Below, piece after piece: positions 25,201-38,869 of a DNA stretch of 64,000 bases (its first letter is position 1; the number at the start of each line of letters is the position of its first letter). Position numbers and translations under genes: made by a program. The notes under the pieces are model-generated. The model saw only the letters and a program-made list of their open reading frames with translations. It did no database searches and was not told the DNA's origin. The stretch comes from Paraspadella gotoi (Eukaryota > Animalia > Chaetognatha), in assembly GCA_051294375.1 (NCBI GenBank), contig CM119271.1, positions 1,482,721 through 1,546,720 on the forward strand. The letters are read 5' to 3'.

Positions 25201-26751
25201 CATCATCATTTTCGATAATTTTATTACTTTTTCTTAATTTTGACCAAGAAAACATAAATATTTTTGAAAGTTGTAGTTATATTTTATTTAACTTTTTATG
25301 CTCTATCAGAATCCATCAAAAAAAGTTAAGATTGATTAAAAAAATTTTATCATTATATAGTAATATTGTAATTTTAATAGCAACAATAAAAGCATTAAAT
25401 CGAACTTTTGTTAAAAAATTCTTTTTTACCTAAAAGTAGACTTCAAGACTAAAGTTTTGAACCCCGCCCTATTGAATTTAATTTCATAGTAGATTTCTAT
25501 TTATAATTATACAAATAATGTATATTAAAAAAAGCGTTGAATTTTTTAAATTCATGAAATTTTTTGGATAATTTTCAGAAACTACACTTATTAAAGTATA
25601 GGAAAATTCGAGAGGTAGAGCTTAATTCTCGAGTCGATCCAGCCTCTTTTACTTCCTCGAATATAATTCGCCCCTCCCAAAACTTCCTGGTTGCGCAAGA
25701 GGAACTTATTTTTACGCATTAGGTCAGATTTTGCCAATAAATGTTTAAAGATCGTCGCTCTTCGTGCTTTAGTCGAAAGTGAAGCATTCATCTTCGCTCA
25801 ACCGGAACGACGATGAACGGACTTTTCCCTGTCGAGTCAAGCGTAGCAAAAATATTAAAATCAAGTAGAATCAAAATTCGAATAGTAGATCACGAACAGG
25901 CTTGTACCTCTGAACTTTTTTAAATTTAAAAAAAATATATATATATTTTTCAATTTTTGCATACGGCCATATTTATACATTTATACACCATAGAAAATGT
26001 TAAATTTTTAACATTTTTTTTAATTTTTTTTTTTATTTTTTTTTAAAGCAGATTCGAATTCCTCACGAAAAGTTGATATACGGAAATATAACTCTTTTTA
26101 GAATATTATTTCATTAAGTGGGTCAAAATCCAAAAAAACTATTACTAACTAACCTATATTTAAATTTTAGTATAAAAAATATATTTTTTTTAAATTTTTG
26201 TCTAACTTAATAAAATAATTTTAAATTAAGACTTATATTTTCTTTCATCAACTTTTTTTTAGGAATTCGAATCTGCTTTCAAAACTAAAAAAAAATTATT
26301 TTAAAATTTTAACATTTTCTATGGTGAGTGCAACGTATAAATATGGGCGTATGCAAAAATTTAAAAAAATTTTAAAAAAATATATATAAATCAATGTTCG
26401 TTAGTCCAAGACTGTTCATGATTAACTATTCGAATTTTGATCTGCAACTTTCACTACACCCTACTGCAACTTTCACTACACCCTACTGTCGAGCCAATCT
26501 CCTTCTCCGTTTCAATCATAACCCGTTTTTTCTTTCGCGTCAGAAATCAATTCCTCGGAATTCCGGAGGACGACGAATGCGCCATCTGCCTGATGGAGTT
26601 GGACAAACGGCCGACGCTCCATCTGCCAGACTGCAACCACGCCTTTCACCAGTTGTGCATTCGCAAGTGGGTCAACGAAAAGTCGACCTGTCCTCTCTGC
26701 CAGAGACACGTGGTGCTGGACGAAGATTTTCCTGCTCTTGGGGTCAATTGA
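12854..26751 (+). CDS. TTC3: TTC3/DZIP3-family E3 ubiquitin ligase (TPR, Cys-rich domain, winged helix, coiled coil, C-terminal RING-H2); multi-exon, giant exon ~16507-20994, last exon ~26544-26751
   Basis: TPR FLIFGNRSQCNL...AFRAVVIQPSWAKGNYR; YWPG..IEETRP..PPPPNA.CVYEDC...CRDNCHCDFHRSCW...KDYLGKECMTPDC as in TTC3; IEKLIHELKQLHP...LSG domain; RING CAICLMEL...CNHAFHQLCIRKWVNEKSTCPLCQRHVVLDEDFP. Confidence 0.88.
21323..21367 (-). ncRNA. Hammerhead ribozyme motif (core intact, helix I imperfect)
   Basis: Minus strand reads AACG-CUGAUGA-A-GACUC(GUAACAA)GAGUC-GAAACAUGUA^CAUU. Confidence 0.7.
21390..22128 (+). mobile_element. TRIM (miniature LTR retrotransposon) family A: LTRs 21390-21645 and 21872-22128, internal region 226 bp
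   Basis: Near-identical LTRs (one indel seen), termini TGTGGCAGC...GTTGCCATA, 4-bp TSD ATAC, PBS TGGTGAGCCCGAC at 21648, G-rich tract before the 3' LTR, no gag/pol. Confidence 0.92.
22281..22325 (+). ncRNA. Degenerate hammerhead motif, inverted partner of the 21323-21367 copy
   Basis: CUGAUGA-A-GACUC(GUAACAA)GAGUU-GAAACAAGUG; cleavage triplet lost. Confidence 0.6.
25870..26441. mobile_element. Palindromic MITE (~570 bp), related to 44645-45231
   Basis: atcaaaattcgaatagtagatcacgaacag mirrored by ctgttcatgattaactattcgaattttgat; internal inverted pair gcagattcgaattcct / aggaattcgaatctgc. Confidence 0.75.
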
Positions 26752-27283
26752 AGGGGGCGAAAGGGTTCCTCGTATCCGGGGTAAGAAAGACCGGTTTTAG
26801 GTCCCCCGACTTGAAAAAGAAAGAGAAAAAGAAAATTGGATAAATTTGATAATCAAAATTGTTAATCGCTCTTCAGAAATCCAATGGATTGAGGGGAGGG
26901 AGGGTGACCAATTATTTCGATGTATCAAATCAATTTAACTCTTATTAGCACCATATTACTATTTAAAAAAAAAAAAGACTCAGAATTTTGAATAACCAAA
27001 TTGGTATTGAGTTTAATTAATCACAAAATCCTGGTATTAAAAAGATTAAAAAAAAAAAAAAAAACAACTGAAGAACTTCGGCCTTTTTTGTTGCACTTGC
27101 TTATTAATGTTAAACTGTTATAACTGTTTCCTTTATTACTTTTCAGAGCGCTTGTTACTAGTTAAGTTAGATTTTTTCGTAGTCGTCTCGAAAGAAAAAA
27201 AAATAAAAGGAAAAAAAAAAAAGAAAAAAACACCTGGTGTTCAGGTAAACTAGTTTAAAAACGCGCACAACAAATTAAAAATA

Positions 27284-30200
27284 ATGGAAAAAATGCTGAA
27301 CCGGACAGATTTGCGCTTTTGCACGATATCCGTGGAAGGCATGACGTGCCAGTCGTGCGTGCGCAACATCCAAGACTTTGTTGGTGACGCCGCGGCACAC
27401 CCGGGAGTTTGCTCTATCAAAGTGTCACTGCAGGAAAAAATCGCGCGTATCTTCTACAACTCGACGGCGACGAACGCGTCGAGCCTTGCCGCCATCATCG
27501 ACGACATGGGGTTCCAGGCCGCGGTCCGCCTATCCGTCGAAGCGGGCACCATTGCCGAGGACCGCGTCTCCATCAAGGGCATGACTTGCAAATCTTGCGT
27601 CAGAAACATCACCGACATCGTCGAGGACAGCGTCATCGGACTCGCCGCCATAGACGTCTCTTTGGAGGACGAGGACGCGTTGGTGTGGTTCGATCCGACG
27701 CTGGCGAATTTGCTGAAGATCGTGGAGGTCATCGAAGACGCCGGGTTCGAGGCGAAGGCGACGGAGGTACTTGAGACGACGCAACAGGCCAAGGAGGTCG
27801 TCCTAGTTTTACGCATTGGCGGAATGACTTGCCAATCCTGTGTGCGCAACATTGAGCAAAACTTGTCCTCCAAAGACGGCGTTCTCTCCGCCAAAGTTTC
27901 GCTGGACGAAGCTCGCGGAGTCTTTCGCGTCGACCCCAAGCGTCTCGGAGCAGAGGACGTTCGCGAGGCTGTCGACGACATGGGTTTCGAAGCCTCTCTA
28001 GAGTCGGTCGACGGCGAACCTTTTAAAAAGGCGCTACTCACCCCTGTGCCCGCCGCCCCATCCGCCCTTGCCTCCACTACACCAGTCGGCGGTCCCACCG
28101 CCTCCTACGGGGGCATCTCCCCTTCCTCCCATAAAATAGTTGATGATTCAAAAAAACTCGCGCCTCCCATTTTAAAGAAATTACCCCAGTTGACATCGCG
28201 GGGTCGAGTGTCGGAATCCTCCCCGCTGCTTGACGTTACCGGATCATCGGGCGCCTCGGAATCCTCTAAGACGCGACGGCCGGCCGACGGAGGCGGAGAC
28301 GGCGACGTTGGGGCCGGCGGCGGTGGCGGCGACGTCGGTGTTAAGCCTGTCCAACTTTCCGTCGGAGGGATGACCTGTCAATCTTGCGTTAAGACAATTA
28401 AGGATCGACTCTCGGAGATCCCTGCCGTGCTGGACGTAGTGGTCGATCTTAAGGTGAACTGATATATCAATATTACATAATACATATAGATTATAAACTA
28501 TTTAGGACTAATGAATTTACAATTTGTGGTTAATATATTTACCCAAGGTCGGCGAAGCGACGGTGACGTTCGACCACTCCCGCCGCATCGACCCAGAAAT
28601 TCTCGTCAAATCCGTGGAGGAGCTCGGTTTCACGGCCTCTCGCAAGGACGCGGACGTGCCCATCTTCAGCGCCAAGAAGGTCGACAAGTCGGCCACTGAT
28701 CCCAATCTCGGCGCCGCTGCTGCTGCAGCCGCCTCCAAACGCCGCCCCCAGGGCACCGTCTCCAACGGGCATCTGTTTCTCTCTGACGATAACGTGAGGA
28801 TCGTTGATGCCGGGCGTCGCTCTCCGGCGCTCTCCGATGACGAAGAGGATTCGTCGGAAAAGTGCGTCATCGCCGTCCGCGGAATGACCTGCGCCTCTTG
28901 CGTCGCCACCATTGAGAGGAATTTGGCCAAAGTCGAGGGCGTCAAGAAGGTGAGCGAGATTGGTGGCACCGAGTTCATAAGAGGATGGTCATTAAATCAT
29001 TATGTGATCACAATTAAATATTATTAAAAAGTTGTAAAAAAAATTAAGGCAATAAGGCTATCAAATAAAAATTTTACGTTACTTAACCAAAATACGAAAA
29101 TATGCAAATGCGTTTAAGGGACCGGTCAAATTGAGACTATTTAACGAAATTTATTGTGGTTGTTTTTGTTGTTTTTTTTTTTTTTACTTATTATCCCCGT
29201 TTCCTTTCAAGATTCTCGTGGCGCTGATGGCTCAAAAGGCGGAAGTGGTCTACGATCCCGCCTACATCTTTCCCTCCCAAATCGCCTCCCGCATAGTCGA
29301 CCTCGGGTTCCAGGCCGACGTAATGGAAGATGTCCGGAGCAGCGTCGACGTGGTGCGGCTCCGCATCGGCGGGATGACCTGCAGCTCCTGCGTGAGCAAG
29401 ATCGAGACGGGACTCGGTCAGGTCAAGGGCGTCAACGAATGCGAGGTGGCGTTGATCCCTGGACGGGCGACGGTGTCGTACGACGCCGAGACGACGGGGC
29501 CGAGAGACGTCATAGCGAGAATCGAGGAGTTGGGGTTCAAGGTAAGAAAAGACGATTTTTTTTTTATTAATGAGGATTTTTAATAAAAAATTTATGATTT
29601 ATTAATCGAACCAGGCGGACCTGATTCAACCCGACGAAAAACGCGGTTCGGGCTTGGATCACAAAGAGGACATCCGCAAATGGTTCCGATCTTTTCTCGT
29701 CTCTCTCCTCTTCGGCGTCCCCGCGATGATCATCATGATCTACTTCATGGCCACCATGGATCCCAAGAACCCCATGCCCCTTCTCACCAAGGGACTTTCG
29801 CTGGAGAACCTCATCATGTTTCTCTTGGCGACGCCGGTTCAGTTTTTCGGCGGACGGTATTTTTACGTCCAGGTATGAAGGAAACGAGTGAGGTGGAGAA
29901 GCACTGCTTTTTCGAGCGAAGGGGGTAGCACTGCTTGTTCCGAGCGAGGGGGGAAGCACTGCATGTTCCGAGCGAGGGGGGAAGCACTGCTTGTTTCGAG
30001 CGAGGGGGAAGCACTGCTTGTTCCGAGCAAGGGGGAAGCACTGCTTGTTCCGAGCAAGGGGGAAGCACTGCTTGTTCCGAGCGAGGGGGAAGCACTGCTT
30101 TCGTCCGAGTGGAGGCGGGGAACCATGCTTTTGTTCCGAGTGAGGGGGAAGCACTGCTTGTTCCGCTTGTTTTATTGATCCATCTTCTAACCCAAGGCCT

Positions 30201-31350
30201 GGGCGGCCCTGAAACACCGTTCCACCAATATGGACGTCCTCATCGTTCTGGCCACGACCGTTTCCTACGTCTACTCCGTGGTGGTCGTCGCCGCCGCGAT
30301 GGCGATCAACCTCGACTTTTCGCCCAAGACTTTTTTCGACACTCCGCCGATGCTGCTCACCTTCATCTCGCTCGGCCGCTGGCTCGAGCACATCGCCAAA
30401 GGCAAGACCTCCGAGGCACTGGCTAAACTTCTTTCTTTACAAGCGACCGAGGCGCTGCTGCTGGAGACCAACAAAGCTGGCGAAGTTGTGGGCGAGCGTC
30501 ACATCTCCGTCGATCTGCTTCATCGCGGGGACCGACTCAAGGTCGTGCCCGGCGCCAAGATCCCCGTCGACGGCCGCGTGATCGAAGGCGTCTCCACCTG
30601 CGACGAGTCCCTCATCACGGGCGAGTCCATGCCCGTCTCCAAAAAGCCCGAGTCGCCCGTCATCGGCGGCTCCATCAATCAGAACGGGACGCTTATCATG
30701 GAGGCGACCCACGTCGGCGCCGACACGACTCTCAATCAGATCGTCAAGTTGGTCGAAGAGGCGCAGACGTCCAAGGCGCCGATTCAGGTGGAAATATGGA
30801 ATGTGGAAGTTATCAAGTGTGAAAGTTCGCCTATTTTTGTTGAGAACGTTTGGAAACAGTTGAAAGGCTCATCTGCTAAAATTTTGTATTATCAGTCCCT
30901 TTCAGATTAAAATTTTTAAAGAAAATTGAGTGATTTGTTAAATTCACTACTAATCCACAGGCAAGCACAAATTAATTAAAATACGAACCAAGTTACAAAT
31001 GAGTTAAGTTGTCAAAAACTGGAAGTCCAACAATCTGTCCTTTCTCTCAAAAACCAGGCGTTTGCCGACCGCATTTCCGGGATCTTCGTACCCCTCATCG
31101 TCGTCGTCTCTGTCCTGACCCTCCTCGGCTGGGTCGTGGTTGGCTACGCCGACGTCGACCTCATCGATCCCGACTTTCACTCTTCGCGAAAGAATCACGA
31201 GATGAACAATCACGAGATCATCTTCCAACACGCCTTCCAGTTCGCCATCACCGTTCTCGCCATCGCCTGTCCCTGTTCGCTCGGCCTGGCCACGCCCACT
31301 GCCGTCATGGTCGGTACCGGCGTCGGCGCCGTCAACGGGATATTGATCAA

Positions 31351-31402
<52 letters not shown>

Positions 31403-34400
31403 AAGCAGTTGAAATTACATGGATGGCTTTTCAATATTAAGTCAATATTTCTTCGATCATTTCCCCTTCTCCTCCTCAGGGCGGCGAACCCCTCGAGATG
31501 GCTCACAAGATCAAGTCGGTCGTGTTCGACAAGACGGGCACCATCACGGAAGGCGTCCCGCGCGTCAGCAAAGTCGCCATCCTGCTTCGCGATAAGATCC
31601 TTTCGACGGCTCGACTGCTGGCCATCGCTGGCACGGCCGAGTCATCCTCGGAACACCCCATCGCTTTCGCCATCACGACTTACGTCAAGGAGACCCTTAA
31701 CGTCCAGTCGCTGGGCAAATGCTCCAACTTCCTAGCGGTGCCCGGATGCGGGCTCAAGTGTCAGGTTGGTGGAGGGGAAGTTGGTTCCTTTATTAATTTA
31801 TATTTATTTATTATTTATTAATTGCCCCACCCTTCTCCGCCGCTATCAGGTCTCCTCCATTTCCCCCCTTCTCAATGGATTCAACTCCAACGCGGCCGAC
31901 TCGGAACTCATCGTCAACTTCTCCCATCTCCGCAACGCCGGCGCCTCCAACGCCGCCTTCGAAGATTCCACCGAGGGCGTCAACGACGCCGCCCTTCTCT
32001 CCTTCCGAGACGCCGCCCACGTGGACTCCCTCGTCGAGGCCTCCTCCTCTTCCTCCGCCACTTGCAGCTACGACGTCCTCGTCGGCAATCGGGAGTGGAT
32101 GACCCGCAACGGTCTCACCGTCGAAGAGGAAGTGAGTCGCCTCATGCGCGAACACGAAGACCGCGGCCACACCGCCGTCCTCTGCGCCATCGATGGCCGC
32201 ATCGCCGCCATGTTCGCCGTGGCCGACAGAGTCAAACCCGAGGCCCGCCTCGCTGTTTTCACGCTCACCCGCATGGGCTTGAACGTGATGCTGTTGACGG
32301 GCGACAATCAGCGGACGGCCAAAGCCATCGCCGCCGAGGCCGGCATCGGCAAAGTCTACGCCGAAGTCCTGCCCTCCCACAAGGTGGCCAAGGTGCGCCA
32401 GCTGCAGGGCATCTACGGTCACGTGGCCATGGTCGGAGACGGCGTCAACGACTCGCCGGCGTTGGCTCAGGCCGACGTCGGCATCGCCATCGGGACCGGG
32501 ACCGACGTGGCTGTCGAAGCTGCCGACGTCGTGTTGATCCGGGGAGATTTGTTGGACGTAGTGGCTGCCATCGATTTGAGTCGGAAGACGGTGGGTGGGA
32601 AATAGCGGGGAGGGGAGGATGTGGTCGTTGAGACAGTTCTTTTGAAGATGTGACGAAAGCGGTATGATATTAGCGACTCCCTGTTGGAAATTTTTATTTA
32701 CCTAATTCAAATTCTATGTAGAATTAATTCAAAAAATTAAGTAACGTTAAAAAAAATCACTTATAAATTGTTAAAACTAATATGAAAATTATTACAAGCT
32801 TTCTTGATCATGACTTTGGACCGGCTATGGTGGGTTAGGGCCTTTAATCCCTTTTACAAGATACTGTCATAGCAAGATCCTGAAAACTTGTAATTAAGCT
32901 AAATCATTGCTCAATGCTTATCAATGAGATTTTACTTTCTTTAACATTTCCAGGTTCGACGCATTCGCGTCAACTTCTTCTTCGCCTCCGTCTACAATTT
33001 AGTGGGCATCCCAATCGCCGCCGGAGTATTCAAGCCACTCGGCGTCGTCCTCGTCCCGTGGATGGCGTCGGCGGCGATGGCCCTCAGTTCCGTCAGCGTC
33101 GTCTGTTCTTCGTTGTTGCTCAAGTCGTTCCGCAAGAGGTCGCGGAAGAAGCTCATGACGCCCGAGTACTTGGAGATGCTCCGGGTGCAGCAAGACGGGT
33201 TGGACCGGGTCTCGGTCCACCGGGGCATCGAAGAGGGTCTGGCCGACGACAGGGGCCGAAGGTCGTTGCTCAGCTCTCTCAAAGGTGAGAAGGCAAGCGT
33301 GGAAGGTTTGTAGGATTCAACAAGCAACCTGTCATTAGTTGATTTTGTTATTAAATAGGAAGTAGTAATTTAAAGAAACCCTTGTAGATTTTTATGACGC
33401 GGATCGCACGGTGTTACGCAAAGATGCTTTATGCAGTGAAAATTGTCATAATTGCCGCTTCCCCCCTTTTCGTATTATTTCGGAAATAAACTCACCCGGA
33501 ACATATATTTTAATTTATCCACTTTTCCTTGTTATTTAAATAACCAAAAAAAAAAAAAACCAAAGAAAAACTGGGTTTGACGCCACCAAAGTCTCTCCCC
33601 TCCCAAACTTTGATCGAGTACGACGAATCCGTTCGAAGTCGTCTGCTTCGATCGACTTCTTCGTTCAGCGTCACTTACGTGCAACCGAGAAATTTGACGA
33701 GCATCGACGACTTTTGGTACAAGGAAAAAACCTTCGCACGCGTAACACGCAGAAACCTTTGCACGCGTACACGCAGAAGTTTTATTTTTAATTGGCCATA
33801 CTAGATATATAGCGGATGTTGCTGCTTGTAGTCGTTGCTCTACTTTTTTTTGTTATATGCACTTACTAACGGTATAATTAAACTCGGGTTTCTTATTATT
33901 TTTGTATATTATATAGACAAGTGAGGCAAACTTTTGTAAACAATATTTTTTTCAAATTTATTCGTCAAATAAAATATTAAATAAAACGAGAGCAGTACGC
34001 TTGCTTGTTGAACTTTCGTGGTTTTTTATTTCTTCAAATGGTGAAAGGTTATAAATACATTTTCACGTTAGCATCGGAATACAGAGATACGTAGCGCGTT
34101 AGATTTTGCTTTTTGCACAATTATCTTCAAAATGATAAACCTTTTCCATTTTACTTTTAGTTTACCAGTGAAATAGCGAATGTTATTCTAGACGTAGAGT
34201 AGCTAATATAATACTTATTTTTACCAACGTCAATCCCCGAATTGAGAGAGGTCTGGTCTTGTAACCAGCCAAAAGTCAGGAGCGAAGGCCAGAGAGCTTT
34301 TTTGCTGCGAAGCTTTTTTATTATGGAACCCATTGAAGAGACAGTAATTATTGTTATGAATTAGTGACAGTACCGTTCAATATAAGCAGTCCCTGAGCTT

Positions 34401-35138
34401 CGGACCAGACTGTAACACCGTGTTACAGGCGGGTTAAGCGCCCCGTCCCTCTTAACTGCAAGGCGACCACCGGACCTTTGGGTTTGGAGGCGAATGACTT
34501 GCCTCCTGCACCAATGGCCGCTGATGAACGGTTGGTGGATTTTAGTCCATCATACCATTTACGTTTAAATGACGTGGAGACCCTGTTTGCGCAAGTGTAA
34601 TTCGTTTCATAATTATGTCGTCTTGTGATCACTACGGGATGCGATCACGTGAAAAGGTTAATTCGCAACACATTAAAATTTCTATTCCTTGTTAAAAAAA
34701 AATATATTAGCCTACCGAATAGTCAGATCTTTGTATTTTATTGCTAATGAGTAGTATTATAATAGTATTATCAGATTTAAGATTTCAGCTTACGAGGTAA
34801 AAATCCTTTATCCAATTAAAACAGTTCAAGAAATATACGGATTAATAATAAAAAATAATCAATCGCTGGCTAAACTAAAAGTAGAATATATTAAATATAT
34901 CAAAATTTTAAAAAAACCCTACATGGGGAAAACTTTTTGCACAAATAATCTCTCCAACAGAAGGCAGAAAAGAAATCATCAACTAACTTATTTTTTCTCA
35001 GGGTCCATTCTCGACAAGGTCCTGCAAGTTTCTACGCAATCCGACCTGGACAATCCCGCTCGTACTTCCCTCTTGACAGCTGTGCCGCCTGTCGAAATCG
35101 ACGTCGATACTGACTTTCCCGAATCGACCAAGTTGTAA
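27284..35138 (+). CDS. ATP7: Copper-transporting P1B-type ATPase with six GMTCxxC metal-binding domains; multi-exon, last exon 35002-35138
   Basis: 6x GMTC[Q/K/A/S][28 protein letters not shown] and MAxSS transmembrane motifs; the donor at 33285 joins in frame to an exon encoding ...RTSLL...ESTKL* (dileucine and PDZ-type C-terminus). Confidence 0.95.
29895..30165. repeat. Intronic minisatellite, ~27-bp unit (gaagcactgcttgttccgagcgagggg), ~9 copies
   Basis: Tandem units visible directly. Confidence 0.9.
34333..34557 (-). mobile_element. tRNA-derived SINE (same family as 7270-7497)
   Basis: Reverse complement closely matches 7270-7497. Confidence 0.75.
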
Positions 35139-35616
35139 ACTGGAAAATAATGAAATCAAACTTGAAAAGAAATCTAGTCATCCCCTTCGCTTATTCGCTT
35201 GTTTAAAACTGAAATGATTCCTTTTCATTTACCGGCTTTAATTGTAAAACTGTGCAAAAAGTAACGCGCTCACCGAATCGTTTTAGGACGTGGTTTTATT
35301 TTTTTATTTTTTTTTTTAATTAATAAATATTTTTTTAAAAAAATTGTTTTTAAACAAGCAGCAAAAATTGAGTCCTTACGGCTCGATGTGATCTACGAAT
35401 TGTGATCTTTGTTATTTTTTCTTCTCTCTGGTATCAATAGTTTATTTTTGATACAGGTAGCATTTTGTTTGTCATCAAGGATTGCCTTATTTAATATTTT
35501 AAACCAAGCCGAGTGGACGCTTAGAACTTTTTGTACTTCGTCTCGAACTGAGTAGCTTGTAGCTCCATTTTTTGCGTCTCCTTAGCGTAAATGAATAAAC
35601 AATAAAAACCTAAACT

Positions 35617-38600
35617 ATGGAATTTGACCAAAAAAACTCGGGTTTTTCCAATCAGTGTCGGGGTGAGTCCGTCAGCCTCCATTAACGATTATTTTAGTTA
35701 TCTTAAATGTGAAATTTGACATTTTATTGCCTATGGTATACAGAGTTTTTTAAACTGATTAATTAATTACAAGTCATACAAGCGGGTAATTTTACTTAAA
35801 TATTAACTTAACCATTTTTACAATCCTCAACGCCGGAGTTAGAAAAACTAACACCCTTCATCCCTCAGCGCTGATGTATCGCAACGCGCTCTTCGTAAGC
35901 CGCAATCCCCGCCAACTCCTCGAGTCTTTCTCCGGCCTTCTCATCCTCATCATGATCATCCTCCTCCGCGCTCTCGTCGAACCCGCAAGCAAAGAACCCA
36001 TCAAGGATTTCCCGCGCTACAATTTGACGCGGTAATCGCCTTCTGTTGTTGTTGTGTTGTGGGGGGGGGTGAGGAGGCAAAAACATGCGGCGCGATAAAG
36101 AAAAAAAAAATTAGGAACCCGAAGCGCGTAACGAATAATAACTTGGAAAAGACAAAAACCGTGATAGACAGATAGTTCTAATCTAAGTATTCTACGGCTA
36201 CTAACTAAATAGAATAGTATAGATTTGGGTTTGAAACCGCGTATTCGCTTTCGTCTTGAGCGGAAGTTCAAACTCTGCTCCGTCGACGACTTGAAATCGA
36301 AAAAAAAAATCGCCGAGATAAAAATCCAAAACCTTACTAAGGCTAAGATCCAAATAACTAATTCGGTCTAAGAAATCGTAAATGAAGCTGGAAACCGTAA
36401 GTAGCGCTTACAATATTTATAAGAAATTAGAAAAGTGGAATCAAACTAAAAAAAAAAATTTTATTGTTATAACTTTGAAAATTCGCCTCTTCGAATGTTT
36501 TAATTAATAATATGGTTTACAAAGTGTAGAGTTTATTGAACAACGATTTTTACAAATTAGATCGGGACATGTTGTTCAGACCTTCATCAGCGCATTTTTG
36601 ACAAATTTTGAGATTTGTTCTATACCATTAATAAACTACACTTTGTAAACCTAATCTCATTCAACAACGAAAAGAAAGTAAACGATACAATTAATAATAT
36701 GGAAAAGTCTGTCCACTCTTTATAAAGACTACTTTTAGTTTTTATTCAACTTTAGACATGATTCGTCATTACTTTTATCAAGCTCGTTATTTCTCGCTCT
36801 CCAACCTTTATTCTTCAGTAGTGGAATTAGTAAACTATTTTAGTTATTTTGAAGTTTGCTTGCTAGAATATCTCCATTATTATTTTTCTTTTAGATAGAA
36901 TTAGAAGTAGAAACAGAAGCTTCCCATTTATTCAAACTTTATTCATCACTGCATATCGCTAATTTTTAATTATTCACGACAAATAGACTCTGTTTTATTC
37001 ATCTATTCCCCAATGGAGGGAGAGTCTAAGGGAGAGTTGTCCATTGATATGGATTCGGATGACGCGGCGCCGATTGAAGAAGAAAAATTGATTTCGAAGA
37101 CGACGACAACGCCGCCAACGGCGGCCATGGATTCGGTGACTACGACGGAGATTCCGCCCGAGACGGCAACGCAGGTTTCGACAGAAACCGTGACGCAACC
37201 ATTGGTTCCGACGAACAAGTTGGCGACGACACTCTCGCCCGAAATGACGTCGACTTTAACGATGACGTCGCCTTCTGGGTCGATGGAAACGTTGACAACC
37301 GAATTGTCCTCTTTGATATTGACACAGACCTTGACAGCGTCGACGGGCCCGAAAGGAAAATCCCTTCAATATCAAGGTAAAATTGAAAAAAATAAAAATC
37401 CTTTCTTTATGAATATACTAAAAGCAATGGTTTAATATTTTTATTAAACACTTTCCCTCACTTCACCTGAAAAGACGAGAATTTTAGCGACGACGATGGC
37501 GACGACGACGTTCGTTCCCGATTTTCGATTCCCACCGAAGAGACGATCCTTCAGTTCATATCGCGGAGGAAAGATTTGAGTTCCGGTGAGAGGATTTGCA
37601 TGGTTGGTTCGCTCTCTACTTATAGTTAAGGCTTGCCAAATAATACAGGATTGAAGAAACGAAGGAAAGACGTATTTTACTCGAAAAATATAAATACAAA
37701 AGCATAAATGTTAAATAAGGTAATAGCCGGAATAATAGGAAGATGAGAAAGAGCAGTAGAGTATTGAAGCACGAGTTAGATTTCATAAAAAGAAAATGGT
37801 GTGGCGGTATATTCACACCGCCTCACGTCCACCATCCGTCAGCCAAATCCATTGGCTCAGAGGGGGAACACACCATCCCAGGCGTAGTGTTCCATCCACA
37901 GTCCTAACGACTTCCCTCTGCGTTGGCAAAGCGGACACCATCCTAGGGTAACCGCGCCAGTGACTGGAGGGTTCACTGAGGGTCGGAAGCCCCCAAAGCC
38001 AACAGTGAGATGCCCCATCCCAATGGGCATCACAGGCAACCCGGCTGTTGCATAAGTGGTGCAGCCTACTATCGATCACGCAACCTTCTCAGGGTACGCT
38101 ACAACAAACGCCTATGCCCTGCCGACTTTGGGTACGCTTCGACAAACGCCTATGCCCCTGGGGTACGCTACGACAAAACGCCTATGCCCCGCACCCACAA
38201 ACTCGCGCTCTCTCTCTCTCTCCCACTATGGTAACAGTCTTGTCAGACACATCTCAGGCTTGAGGAACCTGAGTGATGTCTTGCCCGGGGATCCTGGTGC
38301 AGTATATTCACACCGCCTACGTCCACCATCCGTCAGCCAAATCCATTGGCTCAGAGGGGGAACACACCATCCCAGGCGCAAGTGTTCCATCCACAGTCCT
38401 AACGACTTCCCTCTGCGTTGGCAAAGCGAGACCGTCCTAGGGTAAACCGCGCCAGTGACTGGAGGTGTCACTGAGGGTCGGAAGCCCCCAAAGCCAACAG
38501 TGAGATGCCCCATCCCAATGGGCATCACACGGCAACCCGGCTGTTTGCCATAATGGTATAATTATCATTTCTTGATTTTAATCCTTAAAAAAAAGAAGAG

Positions 38601-38836
38601 CTAAACTGTTTATCATCATTCCTCCTTTTCCAAGACGAACGCGCCACCCTCCTCTCCTCCCTCTCCCTCGCCTCAATGCGGGCGGAACTGATTCCCTTCG
38701 CCGGCGCCGACGTCGTCGCCAAATGGAGCGACGCCGAGACTCGTCGCAATTTTCGCCTTTTGGACAACTGGATGTACTTGAAGTCGAACGTAGGGGAAAA
38801 GGAGCACCGGGCACCGAAATTCGTCAAGGTTTTCTG

Positions 38837-38869
<33 letters not shown>

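Noticed and set aside
29895-30165. Repeat array resembling CRISPR
   Set aside because: Head-to-tail minisatellite without unique spacers, in a eukaryotic intron, with no cas genes
33285-33313. ATP7 stop at 33313 as in the ORF track
   Set aside because: The donor at 33285 joins in frame to 35002-35138, giving the expected dileucine and PDZ-like terminus; the short form could still be an isoform
35865-36086. Minus-strand acidic ORF
   Set aside because: Antisense shadow of ABCA exon 2 on the + strand
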